Source: an uncultured bacterium (lineage in GTDB: Bacteria > AUK180). From it: a stretch of DNA of 64,000 nucleotides. The notes beneath the pieces are model-generated. The model did not search any database and was not told the origin of the DNA. It saw only the letters and a program-made list of their open reading frames with translations. The DNA lies in the NCBI GenBank assembly GCA_937863565.1, contig CALMGJ010000037.1, positions 1-64,000 on the forward strand. Reading direction: 5' to 3'. Positions 17,028-27,771 of this stretch are shown here, piece by piece. Both the position numbers and the translations under genes were made by a program. How positions within the stretch are numbered: position 1 is the first letter of the stretch; every line of letters starts with the position of its first letter.

Positions 17028-18096
17028 TGCCTGTCCCGCGCAGCAAATTCAGGAAATGCTCCGCTTGGGCTTTTTCCGAATCATGATAGGAATCGAGGGC
17101 ATCGCCGCCTTTTATATAAAATTCGTTCCTGAACGCATCGTCAAAAAGCGGAGGCAGCTCATAAATGCCGGGTTCATTCATGCCGGTGAAGACGCAGGCT
17201 TTATTCCCTATCTCCCGCATGACGGGAATATCGGAAACGATCGGTATGCACCCGTACGAGATGGCCTCTATCACAGGAATACCGAACCCTTCATATGAGG
17301 AAAGATAGAACGTGTAAGCGGCTTGATCCAGAAGTTCCTTCTTCCTTTTTTCCGAAACGGCGCCCTCGTAACGGATCGCTCCACCTCCGCGGCCGGCTGG
17401 CCCGTTCAAGCTTTTTAAAAAGACATTTTCGTAATCCTTCCTTACTGCTCCGGCAAAGATCAGTTTCGCCCTTTTTTCCGCGCTTAAAACCCTCAGGAAA
17501 AAGTCGATCACAGCCTGAGGATTCTTCCTTTTCTCAACCGTTCCCAGGCACAGGAACAGAAACGGATCTTTCTTTCTTGTTCTTACGCCTTCCTCGATCC
17601 TGGGATAAAGGACCTCGATCCTTTTTTCTTCTCCGAACTGGGCTGTAAGCTCTTTCCGGATGTAATGCGAGATTGTTAGGATGATATCGGCATTTGAAAA
17701 GGAATTGCGTGTCCCTTGCAGGAAATATGCAGCGCCTTCTTCAGTAGTTGAACCCGCTTTGAGAAAACTGAGGTCATAGATCACGGATATCTTCCTGAAT
17801 TTCCCTTTTGACGGGCAGTTGAAGTAAGGGAATATCATTACATCGATCCCGTAAAGCCCGGCAAGAAAAGGCAGGACCGCATTATCCCAATTCCGCCGAA
17901 GGGAAAAATTACGAAGCGGAAATTTAAATACCGCGGTCCGAAAGGGGAGGATCTTTTTAAATGAGTTCTGAAAAACCGTGAGGTCCGCCTCCGAACCAGA
18001 AATGAGATCGACCAGTCCCCTTATGTAATTCGTTATGCCGTTAAAGCCGAAATTCAATTGAGAAATATCGATGCCGATCCTATTTTTTCGCGACAA
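17017..18096 (-). CDS. GT4 glycosyltransferase
   Basis: IYDL, GTVEKRKN, SSYEGFGIPVIEA. Confidence 0.88.
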   Translation of the reverse strand: MSRKNRIGIDISQLNFGFNGITNYIRGLVDLISGSEADLTVFQNSFKKILPFRTAVFKFPLRNFSLRRNWDNAVLPFLAGLYGIDVMIFPYFNCPSKGKFRKISVIYDLSFLKAGSTTEEGAAYFLQGTRNSFSNADIILTISHYIRKELTAQFGEEKRIEVLYPRIEEGVRTRKKDPFLFLCLGTVEKRKNPQAVIDFFLRVLSAEKRAKLIFAGAVRKDYENVFLKSLNGPAGRGGGAIRYEGAVSEKRKKELLDQAAYTFYLSSYEGFGIPVIEAISYGCIPIVSDIPVMREIGNKACVFTGMNEPGIYELPPLFDDAFRNEFYIKGGDALDSYHDSEKAQAEHFLNLLRGTGNGK

Positions 18097-18679
18097 TGAA
18101 GATATCCTTCGGAGTGAAATATTTCCCTATCACGGGTATGTGAGCAAGCACTCTTTTTATGCCGTCATGAGCTGTCTCCGGATCGAACCCTTCCTTCACG
18201 ACTTTGAATCCGACTCCTTCAAGCAATGAACGGAGCATAGTCAGCGGATAGGGTCTTTTATGTTCGAGATCGCGCCAGAAGGTTTCGGTAGCCACTTCCA
18301 GATTCTGAAAATTCGGCGTTACCAGCACTAGTATTCCGCCGTCCTCAAGAAGATCGCGGCATTTGGCAAGAAAACCGTTCACTTCTTCTGGAGGAATATG
18401 CTCGATGATATGACATCCCATTATCCCGGCGAACGGTACGGTCGGCTTGAAATCCGTGAAATCGGTATCTTCGGCATTGAGCCCTTTGCTTTTAAGTCCG
18501 GCTATGACAGCGCAGTCATTATCGATGCCGAACCCTTCTATACCTCTTTCGGCAAGAATCTTCAGAAATTCTCCCCGGCCGCAGCCGATGTCGAGAACAG
18601 GGCCTTTTTTAAAAAGCCCGGCGTATTTTTTATTCCTTTCGTAGATACTTTCGAAGGAACCCCGGAAACCGGTGAACAT
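18080..18679 (-). CDS. Class I SAM-dependent methyltransferase
   Basis: VLDIGCGRGEF, HIIEH, FWRDLEHKRP; GGAG SD. Confidence 0.88.
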   Translation of the reverse strand: MFTGFRGSFESIYERNKKYAGLFKKGPVLDIGCGRGEFLKILAERGIEGFGIDNDCAVIAGLKSKGLNAEDTDFTDFKPTVPFAGIMGCHIIEHIPPEEVNGFLAKCRDLLEDGGILVLVTPNFQNLEVATETFWRDLEHKRPYPLTMLRSLLEGVGFKVVKEGFDPETAHDGIKRVLAHIPVIGKYFTPKDIFIVAKK

Positions 18680-18697
18680 ATTTCACTCCAACAGATG

Positions 18698-18742
18698 ATT
18701 TTAGCATATTACTTGCGTTATTTCAACTTTTCATGCTATAAT
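18698..18742. promoter_or_regulatory. Overlapping divergent promoters
   Basis: Minus: TTGAAA-17-TAAAAT with extended TG (18726 to 18698). Plus: TTGCGT-18-TATAAT with extended TG (18713-18742), 5 nt before ATG 18748. Confidence 0.7.
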
Positions 18743-18747
18743 CCCAC

Positions 18748-19800
18748 ATGCCGAAGATATTGATCGCAACCAATTTTGCGCATAATCTTGCCCATAAACG
18801 CAGCCTCGTTCCCGGCACCGGCAATTATTCCTTTTACAGAGCTTTTCAGAAAGCGGGTCATGAGGCAAGAGCTCTTTCGCTGGACCGGAAGGGATTCAAC
18901 GGCCTTCAATCGCTCAGCGATTATCTCTGGAAGTTCCTCTGGTTCCATATTAAGGATTTTCCCGAGGCCGATGAGAAGCGGTTTCAGAGCTATGCGGTGA
19001 GAAAAGTGAAAGAGCTCCGGCCGGATATGATATTCACCGTCGTAGGCAACAGGCTCCGTCCGGAGACCGTGAAGGAGATGTCCGGTCATACCGGGGCCAA
19101 TGTTCTTTGGTGCGGACTCGATCCCGAGCGGGCCGAGTGGAATAATGTGATCGCATCGGTGCCATACTATACCCATATTTTCACCGTGGACCCCCATTGG
19201 ATACCGAAATTCGAGAAATGGGGAGGGAAGAACATATATCAGCAGGACCTCGGCGTGGATGAGGAATTCTTCAAGCCTGTCGAACTTGACCCTTCCGAGA
19301 AGGCCTACTACTCCAATGATATCAATTTTGTCGGCCAATGGGATGCGGATAGGGTGAGCTTCTTTGAGGAATTGGCAGACCTCAATATCGGCGTATGGGG
19401 CCATGGCTGGACAAAGAATGTCCCGAAGGGTTCACCGCTGTTCCCGAAACTGAAACCTTTCGTGATCGGCGCCGAAGTAGCCAAGGTGTACAATGCCTGC
19501 AAGATCGTCGTGAACGTGCACACGCCGTTCACCGATTACGGCATCAATATGAGAACTTTCGAGGCAGCAGGATGCGGAGCTTTTCAGATAGTCGATAGAA
19601 AAGAGGGTATCTTTAAACTGTTTAAAGAAGGCGAGGACATCGTGACCTTCGGGGATATTGCTGACCTTCGTGAAAAGATAAAATACTATCTTGAACATGA
19701 GGAAGAGAGGAAAAGGATCGCCGCAAAGACCAGGGAAAGAATCTTGAGAGACCACAGATATTCCGATCTTGCGGAAAATGTGCTGAGGATAACCCTTTAA
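18748..19800 (+). CDS. CgeB-like GT-B glycosyltransferase
   Basis: DINFVG, NMRTFEAAGCGAFQI, YYLEHEEERKRIA, HRY. Confidence 0.82.
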   Translation: MPKILIATNFAHNLAHKRSLVPGTGNYSFYRAFQKAGHEARALSLDRKGFNGLQSLSDYLWKFLWFHIKDFPEADEKRFQSYAVRKVKELRPDMIFTVVGNRLRPETVKEMSGHTGANVLWCGLDPERAEWNNVIASVPYYTHIFTVDPHWIPKFEKWGGKNIYQQDLGVDEEFFKPVELDPSEKAYYSNDINFVGQWDADRVSFFEELADLNIGVWGHGWTKNVPKGSPLFPKLKPFVIGAEVAKVYNACKIVVNVHTPFTDYGINMRTFEAAGCGAFQIVDRKEGIFKLFKEGEDIVTFGDIADLREKIKYYLEHEEERKRIAAKTRERILRDHRYSDLAENVLRITL

Positions 19801-19829
19801 CGAACGCGGTCCTGTCCGCCGGGAGCCCG

Positions 19830-21305
19830 TCAATATGGCGCATGGCCGGAATAACTGAACATACCTCCTTTGAGCACCCTTATTTTCTTGAAGCCTTTTC
19901 CCTTTAAAAATTCATGTATCTCCGGAGATAACACATCACCTTGGTAGCATACTATAACGGTCTCGGCGTCCTTATTCAGTTTTCTGAAATCCTTTGCGAT
20001 CTTAAAAGACGGCATACGGAGAGCCCCCTTTATCATTTGCCTCGGAACGGAAAAGTCGCGGATATCGACTATTTGGATGCTCTCTCCCGAAGAGATCTTA
20101 CTGCGGAACTCCTCCTGGGAAATGAAGATACCTTCATTATCATATTCGACTTCAATGGCCCGCATTACGGATAATACTTCCGGCAATACGGCAAGAAGAC
20201 GGAGTACGTCTTTCCGGGAATTATACTTTCCCAGACTGAGTCTCAGACTGCCCCTGATAAATTCATCGTCAATGCCACAGGCCGCCAGAACATGGGACGG
20301 CTCGTTCTTGGGGGACGAGCATGCGGAACCGCTCGATGCCTCTATTCCGTGAATTGAAAGTTTTTTCACGAGCATTTTTCCGTTGATGCCCTTGAAGCAG
20401 AAACTCGCATGATTCGGGGCCCGGTCAGACGGATGGCCTGTGAGAATGGCATCCTTCACGGAGTTCAATACCCCCATTATAAGCATATCCCTAAGTGCGG
20501 TAAGCTTTTCCACATAGCGTGCTTTTTCCCTGTTGTTGAGCCATACTGCCTTGGATAATCCAACGATGTACGGCACATTCTCCGTTCCGCTACGCAGTCC
20601 CCGCTCCTGTCCACCTCCGGTCACCGTTCCCGCTATTGGCGTACCGTTGCGTACGAAAAGGACCCCGATGCCTTTCGGCGCATATATCTTATGGCCGGAG
20701 AACGACATGAGGTCCGCACCGATGTTCTTCGCCGAGATCGTAAAATACGGCAATGCCTGAACGGCATCCAGATGAAGAAGCGCTCTTCTCTTTTTAACTG
20801 CGCCGGTCAAAGCCCGGATATCCTGAACCGTTCCGATCTCGTTATTTACATAACTCAATGCAACAAGCCCCGTATTATCGTCCATCTTCCTCTCAAGATC
20901 ATCGATATCGTAGCGGCCGGTTTTATCCACTTTTATATATCTTACTTCGAGGCCGCTCCTTTCAAGCTCCTTCACAGTTTCCAGCATTGAGCTGTGCTCG
21001 ATCTGTGAAGATATGATGTTCTTCTCTTTCCCGAACATCTTTACCGTACCCCTTATCGCAAGATTATTGCTCTCGCTGCCAGAACCTGTAAAGAAGATCT
21101 CATCTGATGAAGAGTCCAGAGCTCCGGCTATGCGTTCCCGCGCCATTTCGATGCTACCGCGGGCGATATTACCCGCAGTATGTATTGAGGAAGGATTGCC
21201 GTAGATCTTTTTGAAGTACCTGTTGATCGCCGTAATGACCTCATTTCTCGTTCTCGTAGTGGCAGTATTGTCGAGATAGATCCTTTTACGTTTCATTGCC
21301 TTCAC
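19830..21305 (-). CDS. IscS/NifS-type cysteine desulfurase with C-terminal rhodanese domain
   Basis: YLDNTATT, GNPSS, NNEIG, DAVQ, SGHKIYAPKG, RSGTEN, SSGSACSS; tail IVDIR...VIVCYQG...VLKGG. Confidence 0.88.
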   Translation of the reverse strand: MKAMKRKRIYLDNTATTRTRNEVITAINRYFKKIYGNPSSIHTAGNIARGSIEMARERIAGALDSSSDEIFFTGSGSESNNLAIRGTVKMFGKEKNIISSQIEHSSMLETVKELERSGLEVRYIKVDKTGRYDIDDLERKMDDNTGLVALSYVNNEIGTVQDIRALTGAVKKRRALLHLDAVQALPYFTISAKNIGADLMSFSGHKIYAPKGIGVLFVRNGTPIAGTVTGGGQERGLRSGTENVPYIVGLSKAVWLNNREKARYVEKLTALRDMLIMGVLNSVKDAILTGHPSDRAPNHASFCFKGINGKMLVKKLSIHGIEASSGSACSSPKNEPSHVLAACGIDDEFIRGSLRLSLGKYNSRKDVLRLLAVLPEVLSVMRAIEVEYDNEGIFISQEEFRSKISSGESIQIVDIRDFSVPRQMIKGALRMPSFKIAKDFRKLNKDAETVIVCYQGDVLSPEIHEFLKGKGFKKIRVLKGGMFSYSGHAPY

Positions 21306-22261
21306 CTCCCGGCGAAACCGTTCATTCTGCAGAAGATATGGAACAGGCCTTTTTTTGATCCCCGGGCCAGATCCACATGCTCCGCACCTCTACTCATGTA
21401 TAAAATCGGATCCTTGCCTGCTTTCTTCAGTTCTTCGCAGATCTTGATGCTATCTTCCGCACGGACCAGGATATCGTCCCTGAAATGGAGCAGCATGATC
21501 TCGGCTTCGATCGATCCGAAACCGCCATACCCTTTAAGTTCCGGCATTTGTTCCGCTTCGGCGTCAGCTCTCCACATATCGCGGATATTTTCCTGCGCGG
21601 GGTCCGAAACGATACGTCGAAGCAGTTCGTCCTCTTCTGGTAAAAAATGCCCTTTCCTTTCGCAATAATCACGCATGATCTCTTCAAACAGGATTCTATC
21701 GCGTTCGGAAAGTCCCAAAAGCCCCGTATATTTTTTATCAAGCGCAAGAACGGGATAAGGGTCTCTTTCCTTGAGCCGGAAGGCGTTCTCGATCAATCCG
21801 CCGACCGAATAATAAGCTCCTGCCGCGCACACGAAATCAAGGTCAGCCTTTATCCTGCCGTCGGCGGCGGCAAGAAGTCCGTAGGTCGCCCCGAGGCTGA
21901 AGCCCATAATCCCTGCCCGACCGCGGCGCTTTCCCATCGCAGCATGAACGGTCCGTACGACGATATCCACATCGTCGGCAGTGAGGCGGAAATCGGCAAG
22001 CCCGGGAATCCGGGGAACGTATACAGTATAACCGCAACCGGCCAATTGTCTTGAGAAAAGATCAAGTCTTCTGTCATTGTAACCCCGTGCGGTCAATCCA
22101 TGAACAAGTACGATAGGATATCCCTCTTTCCTGCGGCGGTAGATCTTAAGGTCGATGCCATCCGTCAAGCAATTTTCTATTTCGGGTCTCGCGGTGGGCG
22201 CGATGCCGGCCGCCATCAGTCCCAACATCAAGGTCCTGTATACCGCTTTTAACGCTTTCAT
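21302..22261 (-). CDS. Alpha/beta hydrolase fold protein
   Basis: VLVHG, GFSLG nucleophile elbow, late Asp (DDILV) and His (AEH). Confidence 0.72.
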   Translation of the reverse strand: MKALKAVYRTLMLGLMAAGIAPTARPEIENCLTDGIDLKIYRRRKEGYPIVLVHGLTARGYNDRRLDLFSRQLAGCGYTVYVPRIPGLADFRLTADDVDIVVRTVHAAMGKRRGRAGIMGFSLGATYGLLAAADGRIKADLDFVCAAGAYYSVGGLIENAFRLKERDPYPVLALDKKYTGLLGLSERDRILFEEIMRDYCERKGHFLPEEDELLRRIVSDPAQENIRDMWRADAEAEQMPELKGYGGFGSIEAEIMLLHFRDDILVRAEDSIKICEELKKAGKDPILYMSRGAEHVDLARGSKKGLFHIFCRMNGFAGR

Positions 22262-22263
22262 AT

Positions 22264-22830
22264 TCAGTAGATGAAAAAAACGAGCTTTTTGGTGCTCTTT
22301 TTATATATCCTGAACGCGTCGCCGTAAAAACGTTCAAGAAGTGCTTCTTCTTTTTCAACTCTGTAGACCGTCGCCGAGCACACGGCAAAAAAGGAAACAA
22401 ACGTTTCCAGTCCCGGAAATATAATGAAAAATCCTGCCATCTCGAGAAGATAGAAGGCGTAAATAGGATGCCTTATCTTAGAATAGATACCGTGCGTAAC
22501 GAGCCCCGACCCTTCCGCGGGTACCATGAACAGGCTGTATGCCTTCCCTAAAGCCCGGAGCGCGGCGATCCTTCCGGCAAAGCCGGCTGCACAGAATGCC
22601 GTGCCGGGGATGAACCGGAACGCGGTGACCGCTGAGGGGTCCAAGAACAGAATGCGGCAAACGACGAAATTTGAAAAGATATGAGCTGCGGTCAGTATGG
22701 CAAGCGATAAAATCCCGCGATCCTTCCTCGCCCCCTCGGGGCGGAATCCGGTCCGGGGCTTTATGAAAGATTCGAGAACGAAACGCAGTGCGGTATATGA
22801 AGCGAAGATACAGAAGAAAGGCCTATTCAT
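22264..22830 (-). CDS. ICMT/PEMT-family membrane methyltransferase
   Basis: LVTHGIYSKIRHPIY, EEALLERFYG; ATG 22830 overlaps the upstream stop (track start 22869). Confidence 0.85.
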   Translation of the reverse strand: MNRPFFCIFASYTALRFVLESFIKPRTGFRPEGARKDRGILSLAILTAAHIFSNFVVCRILFLDPSAVTAFRFIPGTAFCAAGFAGRIAALRALGKAYSLFMVPAEGSGLVTHGIYSKIRHPIYAFYLLEMAGFFIIFPGLETFVSFFAVCSATVYRVEKEEALLERFYGDAFRIYKKSTKKLVFFIY

Positions 22831-23566
22831 TATCCGGCTCCCTCGCGGCAGGGGTCGAAAAGAGCTCATCGCTCAACCCGCCGTTGATAACGATCCCCGA
22901 ATACTCAGCTGCCCGGACCGTCCGTCCCGCAGCATCGTACATGACAAAACCGAGAAGAAGGTAGGAATCTCCGTCAATACGCAGTGTTTCTTTAGCAATA
23001 CTTTTCGTCATTTCGGGCGCGTCCGAGACCAGTTTGAAAACAAGGATTCTATTCTCCCCGGAAACTTCCTCTGCCGAATCGACGCATTTCATCCGTTCAA
23101 GATTTTCAAAATGCTTTTCGATAAAAGAGCCCCAGTCGGATCCCGGCACTCCCTGTCCGGTAAGGTCCGTTACATATCTGGAATCGGGTTTGAAAGAAAG
23201 CGTTAAGAGAGAGAATATCCCCGTGGCGAGTTTTACGCGGACCCGGCCGTCCATTTTATACACCATCACGGAGCCAGGATATTTCCCGTTTACGGCCTCC
23301 ATTCTGATCAAGCCCGGTCTTTTATAGAAATATCTGTATCTGACACGAAGTTCCCTGCCTCCGCCCGAACTGAAAGAGTCCAGAGAGCAACGGTAATCGT
23401 ATATGTCCTTGAACGCATCCTTCATTTGAAAAAGGGTCTTTGTAAAGATCTCCCCGTGGCTTTTCACTGAAGATATGCTTTCAGCTGCCAATAAAGGAAA
23501 AAATATCAGCACTGCAGCGATAATGCCGTTCACACGGTGTCCGGAAACCGCTTTTCGATCGAACAT
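22823..23566 (-). CDS. Exported LolA-like (lipoprotein-sorting fold) protein
   Basis: Signal/TM segment, YKRPGLIRME, C-terminal YSGIVINGGLSDELF typical of LolA-like families. Confidence 0.65.
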   Translation of the reverse strand: MFDRKAVSGHRVNGIIAAVLIFFPLLAAESISSVKSHGEIFTKTLFQMKDAFKDIYDYRCSLDSFSSGGGRELRVRYRYFYKRPGLIRMEAVNGKYPGSVMVYKMDGRVRVKLATGIFSLLTLSFKPDSRYVTDLTGQGVPGSDWGSFIEKHFENLERMKCVDSAEEVSGENRILVFKLVSDAPEMTKSIAKETLRIDGDSYLLLGFVMYDAAGRTVRAAEYSGIVINGGLSDELFSTPAAREPDNE

Positions 23567-23632
23567 AACCTTCCCCCCTAAAAAGTCGCACCATTCTACC
23601 GGCCCCGATTCAAAATACGGGACGGTCGCAGA

Positions 23633-24505
23633 TCAGTCCTGCCGCTTCAGGATGAATATATAATTGCTGAACAGGAGGCCGTGAAAGAATCTGAGCGGCG
23701 GATTCCGTTTTAAAAAATTGACCAATTTTGAAGAATTCTCGGTGAAGATATACGGCTTGAACTCGTAACGTAGCCCCGCTGAACTGAAAAAACCGGCCCA
23801 TTCGTCCCTGGTGAAAATATTCTCAGTTATGCCTTTTGCGCGGTCAGTTGCGGCAAAGTTCTTTTTCTGGCTTTTCACTCTCCATTTCGACGCTATCGGT
23901 TCCGAAGTGAATATCATCCTCCCTCCCTTTTTAAGAACGCGCGCGCATTCTCTGAGAACGGCGCCCGGTTTATCGGAGTGATGAAGAACGGCGTCCCCCA
24001 CTACGAAATCGAAACAGGAATCCCTGAAGGGAAGAACGTGGAAATCGCCCCGGACGCGGTGAATTTTCTTTTTATCCCCTCCGATCCATTCGCAGATCTT
24101 AGGGAAATTCCACTCAAGAGTGCTTAGGGAAAAATCCAGCGCATAGACGGAGCGTACATCTTTCAGAAGGGATAGTTTTGCGCTCATCCATCCTGAGCCC
24201 GCTCCGATCTCAAGGATGTCTCCGCAGTAATCCATGCTTTTCGCCACATGGTCCAGCATATCGAATCTCCCGTCCGAGTAGATCCTTTTCCATTTGCCGA
24301 GATCATTGTATCTGTCATCTCCCGAGAACTGAATGTTTTCGCGCCATCTCAATTCATCAAGATTTGCCTCGGGAGAAAGCGTGCTATAGATGAATATCTT
24401 CCCGGCCCCATCGCACTTTACGCTGAGACCATCCGCTTTTAAAAAGAGATCGCTATTGTCTTCCTTCATACTTGCCAGCCCTTTCCATGCATAACCGTTC
24501 CGCAA
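23633..24505 (-). CDS. Class I SAM-dependent methyltransferase
   Basis: ILEIGAGSGW, LPFRDSCFD, LHH, RVLKKGG; start is TTG 24505 or ATG 24469. Confidence 0.85.
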   Translation of the reverse strand: MRNGYAWKGLASMKEDNSDLFLKADGLSVKCDGAGKIFIYSTLSPEANLDELRWRENIQFSGDDRYNDLGKWKRIYSDGRFDMLDHVAKSMDYCGDILEIGAGSGWMSAKLSLLKDVRSVYALDFSLSTLEWNFPKICEWIGGDKKKIHRVRGDFHVLPFRDSCFDFVVGDAVLHHSDKPGAVLRECARVLKKGGRMIFTSEPIASKWRVKSQKKNFAATDRAKGITENIFTRDEWAGFFSSAGLRYEFKPYIFTENSSKLVNFLKRNPPLRFFHGLLFSNYIFILKRQD

Positions 24506-24508
24506 AGA

Positions 24509-25288
24509 TCATTCTCCCTCCAGCGGGAACTTCATTGAAAAATCATCAAAAAAAGAATCCGCCAATCCGTTATTGAGAGATATGTTTTTGTAATCTCCCG
24601 ACTGTATCACTATTCCGGAACTGTCATAAAGAATGAACCCGGAAAGAAGGAAAGTTCTCCTGTCCACTCTGATCAATTCCCTGTCGGCACCGTAGGTCTT
24701 TCCCGGGTCGAGGGAGTATATCTCGAATATAAAAAGGTCCTGGCCGTTCACCGTCGCTTCCCTGGCCGTGATCTTCTTCACCGATCCGAGAAAACGGAGA
24801 TTGAGTTCTATGAACGATCCGAAATCAGACCCCGGTAAACCTCTTTTATTAAGATCCACCACGTATATTGAATCCGGTTTGAAAATAAAAGTAAAAGGCG
24901 AAAGCAAACCTGTTTCGAATTTAACACGGACCTTTCCGTCCATCTTGTAGAGCGCGGTAGCGCCGGCGAATTTTCCTGTCTGTGTTTCCATCCTTATATA
25001 GCCGGGTTTTTTAAAGTAGTACATGTACTTTACGCGCAATTTTGCAGCACCCTTTGCGGAATAAGCGTCGAGATGACAGCAATAGTCCGTCATTTTATCG
25101 AAAACGGAACGCATCCTTACAAGGGTTTCCCTGAACAGGGCCGCCCCGTCCTTCGCTTCGGTTTCAGAGCTCGCGTTCACAAGAAGGAAAAAGACCAGTA
25201 TAAGAACGCCGGCAAGGGAGTGTTTCACTGTCCTTTTTTTTGCGTTCAAGGAAGAATAATACACGAAAATGCACTTACGCTTTTTCAT
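24509..25288 (-). CDS. Exported LolA-like protein, paralog of 22823-23566
   Basis: FKKPGYIRME, YKMDGKVRVK, NNGLADSFF; ATGA overlap with the upstream stop. Confidence 0.65.
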   Translation of the reverse strand: MKKRKCIFVYYSSLNAKKRTVKHSLAGVLILVFFLLVNASSETEAKDGAALFRETLVRMRSVFDKMTDYCCHLDAYSAKGAAKLRVKYMYYFKKPGYIRMETQTGKFAGATALYKMDGKVRVKFETGLLSPFTFIFKPDSIYVVDLNKRGLPGSDFGSFIELNLRFLGSVKKITAREATVNGQDLFIFEIYSLDPGKTYGADRELIRVDRRTFLLSGFILYDSSGIVIQSGDYKNISLNNGLADSFFDDFSMKFPLEGE

Positions 25289-26076
25289 ACTCGGCACACC
25301 GGAACGATATCGGGATGCCGCTTTCCCTCCATAGGCAATCGCATGGGATTGCGGTCCATGGACCAGCCGCTCCTGTCCTCATAAACGTAAAGCTGATATT
25401 TTTCGGGAAGGGACTCCGAAGAGAAGCGCTCCACGCTTGAAAAATATTTTTCATATCTGTTGTAATAGTCCGGCCCCGTCGCTCTCCACGTGTTTATTTC
25501 GTAGGGGCTTGGTTCTGAGTATTCGATCGTTCGTTCCGCAACAATAGGCACCGGCAGAACAGCGATACCCCCCGGCCGCAGGATCCTTCTGATCTCGGAG
25601 ATGGCCTTCTCGTCATTTTTTATATGTTCCAGGATGTGCGATGCGAAAATGAAATCATAACTGCCGTCTGAAAAAGGAAGCGCGGTAAGATCGACTCTGT
25701 GATCCACTCCGGGCATTTCAAGGTCTGCCGTTTCATAGGTCCCGAAACTTCCCGAAAAGAATCCCTTTAAAGATTTCTCCGGAGCAAAATGAAGTATTTT
25801 CAATTTTGAAAAATCCGTCTTTCCTGCAAGCATTTTCACAATAAGCATCTGTATCCTGTGCCTTTCCAGCGATCCGCATCTCGGGCACATGGCGTTTTTC
25901 CTGAAACCTGTTGGAGGGAAGATATCTTCGAAAGGTCCGCAGTACCCGCAAACGGGACATGTGAATTTTTCCTTTCCGGAGTTCTTCAGCCGGAAAAGGA
26001 CCAGTTTCAGAGGATTCCTTATAGGATTGCTGAACCATTCCCCCGACTTTCCTTTGTCTTGCAGATTTCTTCCCAT
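25285..26076 (-). CDS. Methyltransferase with N-terminal CxxC/CxxC Zn ribbon
   Basis: CPVCG...CPRCGSLERHR, ILHFAPE, HILEH, RILRPGG. Confidence 0.82.
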   Translation of the reverse strand: MGRNLQDKGKSGEWFSNPIRNPLKLVLFRLKNSGKEKFTCPVCGYCGPFEDIFPPTGFRKNAMCPRCGSLERHRIQMLIVKMLAGKTDFSKLKILHFAPEKSLKGFFSGSFGTYETADLEMPGVDHRVDLTALPFSDGSYDFIFASHILEHIKNDEKAISEIRRILRPGGIAVLPVPIVAERTIEYSEPSPYEINTWRATGPDYYNRYEKYFSSVERFSSESLPEKYQLYVYEDRSGWSMDRNPMRLPMEGKRHPDIVPVCRV

Positions 26077-26081
26077 ATGAT

Positions 26082-26111
26082 ATTATATCACATTGTCGTC
26101 AATATTTGCAA
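26082..26111 (-). promoter_or_regulatory. Promoter, leaderless geometry
   Basis: TTGCAA-18-TATAAT with extended TG, 5 nt before ATG 26076. Confidence 0.7.
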
Positions 26112-26321
26112 CGATTAAAAGAACGCTTCCCCGTTTCCCGATCATGCACGCGACCTTATAAAGCCCCTTCTGCCGTCTTTTTCCGCCAGACAACGCGCCG
26201 GGATTTTTTTTGAGAAAAGAGTAAAATATGGTAAAATATTCCGTGAAAAAGATGTTATGCCCGAACTTTTCCCTGACGGGTGTCCCTTTAACCCTCCATT
26301 GCTCACTTATCCGGTCGCCAA

Positions 26322-27764
<1,443 letters not shown>

Positions 27765-27771
27765 GGAATGC

